Source: an uncultured SAR86 cluster bacterium
GTDB lineage: Bacteria; Pseudomonadota; Gammaproteobacteria; Magnimaribacterales; D2472
Direction of reading: 5' to 3'
NCBI GenBank assembly: GCA_943846785.1
Contig: OX044367.1
Span: 260,276 to 324,275, forward strand
Length of the DNA stretch: 64,000 nucleotides
The notes beneath the pieces were generated by a model, which saw only the letters and a list, made by a program, of their open reading frames with translations, had not been told where the DNA came from and ran no database searches. Below, piece by piece: positions 9,533 to 16,842 of the stretch. The position numbers were made by a program, and so were the translations under genes. Within the stretch, counting starts at the first letter, position 1. Each line of letters starts with the position of its first letter.

Positions 9533-11050
9533 ATGCAAGAACGTCCAGACTATTCTAAGTTTATAGAACGCTTAAAAATGAGCGAAGATGAAACTAGGAT
9601 CGAATCAACTAAAAAACGTCATAGTAAAAAATATAGGACGGCGAGAGAAAATTTAAATCACTTGGTAGATGGGGATTCTTTTTTAGAGTTTGGTCAGTTT
9701 GCCGTGGCAGCACAACGAACACGAAGAGAAAAGGAAGATCTAATTCTCAACACAAATGCAGACGGAGTTATTACTGGGTTTTGCAAAATAAATTCTGATA
9801 TATCAAAAAAATTGAATGCTGATGCCGTGGCAATTGTTTATGATTATTCTGTTCTTGCTGGCACGCAAGGACTATTCCATCATCAAAAATTAGATCGCAT
9901 ATTTGAAAAGGCAAAGACATATAAATTACCAATTGTTATTTTTACTGAGGGTGGTGGAGGTAGGCCTGGGGATGTTGATGTTCTTACACAGATTGCAGGC
10001 ATGCATATCCCAAGCTTTGCTAGGTGGGCCTCGCTCCATAAAGAGTGTTTGAGAATAGCTATTACAAATGGATACTGCTTCGCTGGAAATGCTGCTCTTT
10101 TTGGAGCTAGTGATATAAGAATTGCAACTAAAGGGTCGAATATAGGAATGGCAGGACCCGCAATGATAGAGGGTGGTGGTCTTGGTAAATTCTCACCCGA
10201 TGATATTGGCGCTGTTGAGGATCATTTGTTAAATGGGGTCGTAGATGTTCTTGTTGAAAATGAAGAGCAGGCTACAAACATTGCAAAAAAAATACTTTCT
10301 TATTTCCAAGGCTCAATTGATAAGTTTGATGTCTCAGATCAGGAGCTTCTTAAAAATATTCTTCCTGATGACAGAAGGTTTAGTTATGAAATTAGAGACA
10401 TTATCGAGATAGTCGCTGATTTAGATTCATTTATAGAATTAAAAAAAGGTTATGGGAGAAGCTTAGTCACCGGACTTATTAGAGTTGAAGGGATTGCTTT
10501 TGGTTTATTAGCATCAGACTGTAAGTTCTTGGGTGGTGCTATTGATTCTGATTCTGCAGACAAAGCAGCAGAATTCTTTGAGCTCTGTAATGACCAAGGC
10601 TTGCCCATGGTTTCTATAGTGGATACTCCTGGTTTTATGGTTGGTCCTGATAGTGAAAAAGAAGGCGCTCCAAGAAGAATGGGCAAGTTATTTAAATCAA
10701 GCTCAACCTTTAAAAACAATCTTGTTTCTATTTTTCTTCGAAAAGGGTATGGCCTTGGGGCTCAAGCAATTGTTGGCGGCAGCTTACATAAGTCTACTTA
10801 TACGTGTGCTTGGCCATCGGGCGAGTTTGGAGGAATGGGTCTTGAGGGAGCGGTTAGGCTTGGTTACAAAAAAGAGCTTGAAGCCATATCGGACCCAAAA
10901 GAAAAAGAAATTCTTTATAACAAGCTAGTTGATAAAATGTATGAAGCAGGACAGGCGATGGAAGCTGCATCATTTTTAGAAATAGATGCTGTAATAAATC
11001 CCTCTAAAACACGAGAAACAATTATCAAAGCTCAGCATTCACTAAAATAA
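9533..11050 (+). CDS. acyl-CoA carboxylase carboxyltransferase subunit (fused N/C carboxyltransferase domains)
   Basis: 505 aa. Carboxyl-transferase blocks VAIVYDYSVLAGTQG, FTEGGGGRPGD, IVDTPGFMVGP, AWPSGEFGGMGLEGAV. Confidence 0.8.
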   Translation: MQERPDYSKFIERLKMSEDETRIESTKKRHSKKYRTARENLNHLVDGDSFLEFGQFAVAAQRTRREKEDLILNTNADGVITGFCKINSDISKKLNADAVAIVYDYSVLAGTQGLFHHQKLDRIFEKAKTYKLPIVIFTEGGGGRPGDVDVLTQIAGMHIPSFARWASLHKECLRIAITNGYCFAGNAALFGASDIRIATKGSNIGMAGPAMIEGGGLGKFSPDDIGAVEDHLLNGVVDVLVENEEQATNIAKKILSYFQGSIDKFDVSDQELLKNILPDDRRFSYEIRDIIEIVADLDSFIELKKGYGRSLVTGLIRVEGIAFGLLASDCKFLGGAIDSDSADKAAEFFELCNDQGLPMVSIVDTPGFMVGPDSEKEGAPRRMGKLFKSSSTFKNNLVSIFLRKGYGLGAQAIVGGSLHKSTYTCAWPSGEFGGMGLEGAVRLGYKKELEAISDPKEKEILYNKLVDKMYEAGQAMEAASFLEIDAVINPSKTRETIIKAQHSLK

Positions 11051-11302
11051 TGAATATAGTTAGTTAAGCTCTCCTTTTATTTTTTAATTGGGTTTCTCTC
11101 TATTTTTTGATCATATAAGAAAATTTTTTATTGTTTGAAATGAAGTTAATATCATTAAAAATGAACTTGCCAATAATTGTGCCAAATATGAGAAAACCAA
11201 GTCTATTCAGAATGTGGGATTAAAATGAAAGTCGTTATAAACTTACTCCGCTGTAACAGAGTTCTCGAAGTAAGGTTTGGGTTTTCCACTATTTGTGCAT
11301 GG

Positions 11303-12106
11303 CTAACGATCATTGGTTGCTCTGCTGATTCGACTAAGTCCTTTCTTGCGCCGATAGATAGCTATTTTTCTCGAAGCATCAATGGATTGCGAAATTCTCT
11401 GCCAAAAAGGTTTTTTCTCCGGATACCAACTGTTAGATTTATCCGGTAAAACGCCGTCCAGAACAACTTCCCAATCCGGCGATGATTCGTATCCACAACC
11501 GACGAGATCTGGTGTCATTGTGCCGTGGATTGCCTGCTGTTGAACGATGCGACCGAGATGTTTTCGCCAGACACCGACACTGGTCGTTCCAATGGGACGG
11601 ACGCCACGCATTGCAACCTTTGACTTTTCAGACACTTGCGCGTGTTCATGGTACTCAGAAAATTTGTGTTGTTTCTCAAGCCATGGAAATTTTGCAGTGA
11701 TTTGGTTTTGTGTGGCGTCAGGGTTATTTACGAAATCCTCGTACCGGATATTGAGAAAACGATCGTGGCCGAACAATGAGCGTGCACAGGCATGCAATTC
11801 ACGCCAAAGCCTAATGTTCGAGTAGTACATATCCTCGCTCTTACCGTGCCGGCTAACGATGACATCACGCGGATCGCGCGTTACGTAAATGACATAGAGA
11901 TTAGGATCGTCGATGACTCCTGGCATGTACAACGTATCTTTGGGTCGTTTCGTGATAACCACATCGTTGTTTTTTGCGGTTACGAGGTGAAAGCGAATCT
12001 CATGGTCATAATGCTTGTTTGTCCGAAAACAAGTGGCCATCGCCTCGTGCAAGAGAGTAGTACCGGATCGCGGCGAGCAGGCAACAATGTGAATGTGCTT
12101 AAACAG
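11303..12106 (-). CDS. PAPS-dependent sulfotransferase family protein (copy 1)
   Basis: Contains the 5'-PSB loop PRSGTT and the 3'-PB motif RDPRDVIVS. The ORF-track start (TTG 12052) lies downstream of PRSGTT. The frame is open back to 12109. CTG 12106..12104 sits 7 nt after AAGGAG (12119..12114) and would give MFKHIHIVACSPRSGTTLLHEAM. Confidence 0.7.
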   Translation of the reverse strand: MFKHIHIVACSPRSGTTLLHEAMATCFRTNKHYDHEIRFHLVTAKNNDVVITKRPKDTLYMPGVIDDPNLYVIYVTRDPRDVIVSRHGKSEDMYYSNIRLWRELHACARSLFGHDRFLNIRYEDFVNNPDATQNQITAKFPWLEKQHKFSEYHEHAQVSEKSKVAMRGVRPIGTTSVGVWRKHLGRIVQQQAIHGTMTPDLVGCGYESSPDWEVVLDGVLPDKSNSWYPEKKPFWQRISQSIDASRKIAIYRRKKGLSRISRATNDR

Positions 12107-12117
12107 ACGTCAACTCC

Positions 12118-12843
12118 TTAATTAGCCATTGCCGCTTCGTTATAGGCAGATATTAGTATTTGCCAATCGGCCAGTTGCCAATAAATATTATGTAATCGTT
12201 TTTCTTTCTCAAATGATCGCTTTAAACGCGCTATGTTTGAGTTTTTCCAATTACTGCCTTGTCTAATTTGGCATTTATCAAAATCAATTAACCAAACCTC
12301 GTTTTCTATATCGAGCATAATGTTGTGGATATTTAAATCGTGGAGATAAATCTGATGATGATGAAATTTGGCAATGGTTTGACCAATTTTTTTCCAAACA
12401 TCAGCGGTTAAGCTGTTTGCTAGTAAAATATGATGTAAGTCCCTAGCGCTGGAAATTTTTTTTAAAATGATATCGGCTTGGTAATATAAGCCAGTCTTCT
12501 TCAACATCGCTGCGATCGGGGTTGGACAATTTAAATCCATATTTTTCATTTGCTGTAGCAGCTTAAATTCTCGCCATGCTCGTGATTTTTCAATACCTGT
12601 GTACATATATTGATCACTTAGTACTTTTCCAATCAATCCGCCACGACGATAGTGCCGTAACACATATTCATTTTTGTTATGTTTAAAAAAGTAGGTGGTA
12701 CCACGGCCGGTTGCCTGTCCTGTTATGGCATTTTGTGTCTTCCAATATTGACCCGTAAACATTTTTGGGACAGGTACAGGGAAATGGCCTGAATCAAACA
12801 ACATGATGTGGGACTTAACTGATTTTTGTTTTATGTATGCCAT
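12118..12843 (-). CDS. kdkA: 3-deoxy-D-manno-octulosonic acid (Kdo) kinase (copy 1)
   Basis: 241 aa. Kdo/LPS kinase family blocks GRGTTYFF, YVLRHYRRGGLIGK, catalytic loop HDLNIHNIML, WLIDFDK. The ATG lies 4 nt after the upstream stop. Confidence 0.8.
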   Translation of the reverse strand: MAYIKQKSVKSHIMLFDSGHFPVPVPKMFTGQYWKTQNAITGQATGRGTTYFFKHNKNEYVLRHYRRGGLIGKVLSDQYMYTGIEKSRAWREFKLLQQMKNMDLNCPTPIAAMLKKTGLYYQADIILKKISSARDLHHILLANSLTADVWKKIGQTIAKFHHHQIYLHDLNIHNIMLDIENEVWLIDFDKCQIRQGSNWKNSNIARLKRSFEKEKRLHNIYWQLADWQILISAYNEAAMAN

Positions 12844-12847
12844 GTAA

Positions 12848-13771
12848 CTATTTTTGGCTTAAACGGATATTACTACGCACTTTAGACAATTGAGAATTTT
12901 CTTTATAACGTCCTTTTGTAACATGATGAATATGAAAAACACCATCAATATGCTTAGGCTCACCATCAGTGCCAAGTAGCCAGCGAAAGGCGGTGTCTTC
13001 ATAGGTTTTACGCCAACGGTCAGATTCAGTTTGAAATATTGACAGTTTTTCACAATAACCTATAGCACGAGCAACGTCACCATGAACAATTTGAAATGGG
13101 CCGCGTGCTTTATCACGGGATTTGCCACGCTCGTATAAACTGAAATTTTCTGTTTCTATATCGATAACTTGTGGTTGGGCATCATTTGACAATAATGGGT
13201 CATCATCTTCTAACATCTCAGTGATTTTTTCTTCTTTAGGAAAAAACAATGAACCTTTCTCGCCTTGTAAACTATCGGCGAGTGAGTCTAAGCAGTTCTC
13301 ATAAAAGATAATGTCGCAATCTGTAAACCATATCCAGTCAGCTTCTGTTGACCGCGCAGCCATATTTCGGCCTATACCACGTCTAAAGAGCTTTCCTTTG
13401 GTAAGAGGGTGGAAATTCCAAGTTATATTTGGCGTGGTTATTTGACTAAAGAAGTCCAATGTAGCCTTTGTTTTAGTATCTTCTTTAGCATAAAAAACGG
13501 TCACAGTTAAATTTAGTTTCGTTGGTGGATAGTTTACAAACGAACTTAATTGATAGGTTAACATGTTGGCATAACCCCAGCAGTGACTAACAATTTCTAA
13601 ATCAAACTTTCCCTTTACTGCCTTGCGATCTGCTTCAGCAGGTATTTTATCGCGAAACAATGACTGCGGTAAAATACGACCAAACACTAAACGATAAGCT
13701 TGTATAGCAAAGCTATTAAAGACATTTGGTGAAAATGTTTTTGTTTCTATCATGATAAATAAGTAAGCCAA
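12848..13771 (-). CDS. GT-A fold (family 2-like) glycosyltransferase (copy 1)
   Basis: 307 aa from TTG 13771, or 301 aa from ATG 13753. GT2 hallmark GRNMAARSTEADWIWFTDCDIIF with a DxD-like DCD. First strand is LEIVSHCW. Confidence 0.6.
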   Translation of the reverse strand: MAYLFIMIETKTFSPNVFNSFAIQAYRLVFGRILPQSLFRDKIPAEADRKAVKGKFDLEIVSHCWGYANMLTYQLSSFVNYPPTKLNLTVTVFYAKEDTKTKATLDFFSQITTPNITWNFHPLTKGKLFRRGIGRNMAARSTEADWIWFTDCDIIFYENCLDSLADSLQGEKGSLFFPKEEKITEMLEDDDPLLSNDAQPQVIDIETENFSLYERGKSRDKARGPFQIVHGDVARAIGYCEKLSIFQTESDRWRKTYEDTAFRWLLGTDGEPKHIDGVFHIHHVTKGRYKENSQLSKVRSNIRLSQK

Positions 13772-13920
13772 CTCATTTCTTAAAAAACTTTTTTATGCTT
13801 TCTAACAAAATTTACTCGACAGTACACGACTGAGTTCAACAGGGGGGGTTCTTTACCTTCGCTGTTAGGGTTACTACAAATCGACTTCATTTTCACTACC
13901 GTAATGATATCCCGTTTATA

Positions 13921-13946
13921 AAAAAAGAGGTATCCCCTCTTTTTAT
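13921..13946 (-). terminator. rho-independent terminator-like hairpin, potentially bidirectional
   Basis: AAAAGAGG-tatcc-CCTCTTTT with an A-tract on one side and a T-tract on the other. It lies 77 nt downstream of the unit-2 sulfotransferase stop. Confidence 0.5.
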
Positions 13947-13978
13947 TGAATACTTTTAATAATTATTAATTTATGAAG

Positions 13979-14017
13979 CAACCTCAGAATGCGGGATTAA
14001 AGCGAAAGTTGAGGTTG
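13979..14017. other. terminal inverted-repeat hairpin of the cassette (CAACCTCA-N23-TGAGGTTG)
   Basis: Perfect 8-bp arms at 13979..13986 and 14010..14017. The right arm ends exactly at the unit 1 / unit 2 junction. Confidence 0.6.
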
Positions 14018-14022
14018 CATGG

Positions 14023-14826
14023 CTAACGATCATTGGTTGCTCTGCTGATTCGACTAAGTCCTTTCTTGCGCCGATAGATAGCTATTTTTCTCGAAGCATC
14101 AATGGATTGCGAAATTCTCTGCCAAAAAGGTTTTTTCTCCGGATACCAACTGTTAGATTTATCCGGTAAAACGCCGTCCAGAACAACTTCCCAATCCGGC
14201 GATGATTCGTATCCACAACCGACGAGATCTGGTGTCATTGTGCCGTGGATTGCCTGCTGTTGAACGATGCGACCGAGATGTTTTCGCCAGACACCGACAC
14301 TGGTCGTTCCAATGGGACGGACGCCACGCATTGCAACCTTTGACTTTTCAGACACTTGCGCGTGTTCATGGTACTCAGAAAATTTGTGTTGTTTCTCAAG
14401 CCATGGAAATTTTGCAGTGATTTGGTTTTGTGTGGCGTCAGGGTTATTTACGAAATCCTCGTACCGGATATTGAGAAAACGATCGTGGCCGAACAATGAG
14501 CGTGCACAGGCATGCAATTCACGCCAAAGCCTAATGTTCGAGTAGTACATATCCTCGCTCTTACCGTGCCGGCTAACGATGACATCACGCGGATCGCGCG
14601 TTACGTAAATGACATAGAGATTAGGATCGTCGATGACTCCTGGCATGTACAACGTATCTTTGGGTCGTTTCGTGATAACCACATCGTTGTTTTTTGCGGT
14701 TACGAGGTGAAAGCGAATCTCATGGTCATAATGCTTGTTTGTCCGAAAACAAGTGGCCATCGCCTCGTGCAAGAGAGTAGTACCGGATCGCGGCGAGCAG
14801 GCAACAATGTGAATGTGCTTAAACAG
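14023..14826 (-). CDS. PAPS-dependent sulfotransferase family protein (copy 2)
   Basis: Identical to copy 1. CTG 14826..14824 follows AAGGAG 14839..14834. Confidence 0.7.
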   Translation of the reverse strand: MFKHIHIVACSPRSGTTLLHEAMATCFRTNKHYDHEIRFHLVTAKNNDVVITKRPKDTLYMPGVIDDPNLYVIYVTRDPRDVIVSRHGKSEDMYYSNIRLWRELHACARSLFGHDRFLNIRYEDFVNNPDATQNQITAKFPWLEKQHKFSEYHEHAQVSEKSKVAMRGVRPIGTTSVGVWRKHLGRIVQQQAIHGTMTPDLVGCGYESSPDWEVVLDGVLPDKSNSWYPEKKPFWQRISQSIDASRKIAIYRRKKGLSRISRATNDR

Positions 14827-14837
14827 ACGTCAACTCC

Positions 14838-15563
14838 TTAATTAGCCATTGCCGCTTCGTTATAGGCAGATATTAGTATTTGCCAATCGGCCAGTTGCCA
14901 ATAAATATTATGTAATCGTTTTTCTTTCTCAAATGATCGCTTTAAACGCGCTATGTTTGAGTTTTTCCAATTACTGCCTTGTCTAATTTGGCATTTATCA
15001 AAATCAATTAACCAAACCTCGTTTTCTATATCGAGCATAATGTTGTGGATATTTAAATCGTGGAGATAAATCTGATGATGATGAAATTTGGCAATGGTTT
15101 GACCAATTTTTTTCCAAACATCAGCGGTTAAGCTGTTTGCTAGTAAAATATGATGTAAGTCCCTAGCGCTGGAAATTTTTTTTAAAATGATATCGGCTTG
15201 GTAATATAAGCCAGTCTTCTTCAACATCGCTGCGATCGGGGTTGGACAATTTAAATCCATATTTTTCATTTGCTGTAGCAGCTTAAATTCTCGCCATGCT
15301 CGTGATTTTTCAATACCTGTGTACATATATTGATCACTTAGTACTTTTCCAATCAATCCGCCACGACGATAGTGCCGTAACACATATTCATTTTTGTTAT
15401 GTTTAAAAAAGTAGGTGGTACCACGGCCGGTTGCCTGTCCTGTTATGGCATTTTGTGTCTTCCAATATTGACCCGTAAACATTTTTGGGACAGGTACAGG
15501 GAAATGGCCTGAATCAAACAACATGATGTGGGACTTAACTGATTTTTGTTTTATGTATGCCAT
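14838..15563 (-). CDS. kdkA: Kdo kinase (copy 2)
   Basis: Protein identical to 12118..12843. Confidence 0.8.
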   Translation of the reverse strand: MAYIKQKSVKSHIMLFDSGHFPVPVPKMFTGQYWKTQNAITGQATGRGTTYFFKHNKNEYVLRHYRRGGLIGKVLSDQYMYTGIEKSRAWREFKLLQQMKNMDLNCPTPIAAMLKKTGLYYQADIILKKISSARDLHHILLANSLTADVWKKIGQTIAKFHHHQIYLHDLNIHNIMLDIENEVWLIDFDKCQIRQGSNWKNSNIARLKRSFEKEKRLHNIYWQLADWQILISAYNEAAMAN

Positions 15564-15567
15564 GTAA

Positions 15568-16491
15568 CTATTTTTGGCTTAAACGGATATTACTACGCAC
15601 TTTAGACAATTGAGAATTTTCTTTATAACGTCCTTTTGTAACATGATGAATATGAAAAACACCATCAATATGCTTAGGCTCACCATCAGTGCCAAGTAGC
15701 CAGCGAAAGGCGGTGTCTTCATAGGTTTTACGCCAACGGTCAGATTCAGTTTGAAATATTGACAGTTTTTCACAATAACCTATAGCACGAGCAACGTCAC
15801 CATGAACAATTTGAAATGGGCCGCGTGCTTTATCACGGGATTTGCCACGCTCGTATAAACTGAAATTTTCTGTTTCTATATCGATAACTTGTGGTTGGGC
15901 ATCATTTGACAATAATGGGTCATCATCTTCTAACATCTCAGTGATTTTTTCTTCTTTAGGAAAAAACAATGAACCTTTCTCGCCTTGTAAACTATCGGCG
16001 AGTGAGTCTAAGCAGTTCTCATAAAAGATAATGTCGCAATCTGTAAACCATATCCAGTCAGCTTCTGTTGACCGCGCAGCCATATTTCGGCCTATACCAC
16101 GTCTAAAGAGCTTTCCTTTGGTAAGAGGGTGGAAATTCCAAGTTATATTTGGCGTGGTTATTTGACTAAAGAAGTCCAATGTAGCCTTTGTTTTAGTATC
16201 TTCTTTAGCATAAAAAACGGTCACAGTTAAATTTAGTTTCGTTGGTGGATAGTTTACAAACGAACTTAATTGATAGGTTAACATGTTGGCATAACCCCAG
16301 CAGTGACTAACAATTTCTAAATCAAACTTTCCCTTTACTGCCTTGCGATCTGCTTCAGCAGGTATTTTATCGCGAAACAATGACTGCGGTAAAATACGAC
16401 CAAACACTAAACGATAAGCTTGTATAGCAAAGCTATTAAAGACATTTGGTGAAAATGTTTTTGTTTCTATCATGATAAATAAGTAAGCCAA
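15568..16491 (-). CDS. GT-A fold (family 2-like) glycosyltransferase (copy 2)
   Basis: Protein identical to 12848..13771. Confidence 0.6.
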   Translation of the reverse strand: MAYLFIMIETKTFSPNVFNSFAIQAYRLVFGRILPQSLFRDKIPAEADRKAVKGKFDLEIVSHCWGYANMLTYQLSSFVNYPPTKLNLTVTVFYAKEDTKTKATLDFFSQITTPNITWNFHPLTKGKLFRRGIGRNMAARSTEADWIWFTDCDIIFYENCLDSLADSLQGEKGSLFFPKEEKITEMLEDDDPLLSNDAQPQVIDIETENFSLYERGKSRDKARGPFQIVHGDVARAIGYCEKLSIFQTESDRWRKTYEDTAFRWLLGTDGEPKHIDGVFHIHHVTKGRYKENSQLSKVRSNIRLSQK

Positions 16492-16640
16492 CTCATTTCT
16501 TAAAAAACTTTTTTATGCTTTCTAACAAAATTTACTCGACAGTACACGACTGAGTTCAACAGGGGGGGTTCTTTACCTTCGCTGTTAGGGTTACTACAAA
16601 TCGACTTCATTTTCACTACCGTAATGATATCTCGTTTATA

Positions 16641-16666
16641 AAAAAAGAGGTATCCCCTCTTTTTAT
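16641..16666 (-). terminator. rho-independent terminator-like hairpin (copy 2)
   Basis: Same sequence as 13921..13946. Here it lies downstream of the host MAPEG gene. Confidence 0.5.
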
Positions 16667-16698
16667 TGAATACTTTTAATAATTATTAATTTATGAAG

Positions 16699-16737
16699 CA
16701 ACCTCAGAATGCGGGATTAAAGCGAAAGTTGAGGTTG
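16699..16737. other. terminal inverted-repeat hairpin of the cassette (copy 2, forms the right end of the insert)
   Basis: CAACCTCA-N23-TGAGGTTG. Identity with the host-free repeat stops at 16737. Confidence 0.6.
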
Positions 16738-16842
16738 ACTTATTCCACTGTGACTGACTGGTTTTGAACAGAGAATTAGATTTCTTTCCCTGAAACCCTT
16801 TATGGAAACTCTGATAAAACTTTATATATTTTTCTTCCATAC

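Larger units (their letters stand above)
11296..14015 (-). repeat. tandem repeat unit 1 (2,720 bp)
   Basis: Identical to 14016..16735 apart from C13912 versus T16632 (line-by-line reading of the non-coding part; coding parts give identical six-frame ORFs). Confidence 0.95.
14016..16735 (-). repeat. tandem repeat unit 2 (2,720 bp)
   Basis: See unit 1. It is followed by TG (16736..16737), which also matches the first two bases of a unit. Confidence 0.95.
11296..16737 (-). mobile_element. horizontally acquired LPS-modification cassette present as a head-to-tail dimer (2 x 2,720 bp); mobility mechanism unknown
   Basis: All ORFs recur at an offset of exactly 2,720 nt with identical translations. 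Identity runs 11296..16737. Codon usage and G+C differ from the flanks. No recombinase gene is present. Confidence 0.7.

Noticed and set aside
11225-11449. Plus-strand 74-aa ORF spanning the left junction of the insert
   Set aside because: It is a chimera of host intergenic DNA and the antisense strand of the sulfotransferase 3' end. It has no motif and exists only because of the junction.
11482-12121. Three plus-strand ORFs (72, 92, 109 aa) antisense to the sulfotransferase, repeated at 14202..14841
   Set aside because: These are typical shadow ORFs opposite a higher-G+C gene. They overlap one another, and the minus-strand frame carries clear sulfotransferase motifs.
13979-14017. The hairpin as an integron attC site, with the unit as an integron gene cassette
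   Set aside because: In attC the RYYYAAC and GTTRRRY cores place AAC/GTT at the inner end of the stem. Here CAACCTCA/TGAGGTTG places them at the outer end, and the RRRY positions do not fit. The unit has three genes plus a 244-nt leader, and no intI or attI is in the window. It is kept only as a loose analogy.
11296-16737. CRISPR array, IS element or composite transposon as the explanation for the repeat
   Set aside because: There are two copies of a 2.7-kb coding unit with no short repeat-spacer structure. There are no terminal inverted repeats (left end tgcatggct versus right-end complement caacctcaa) and no transposase ORF.
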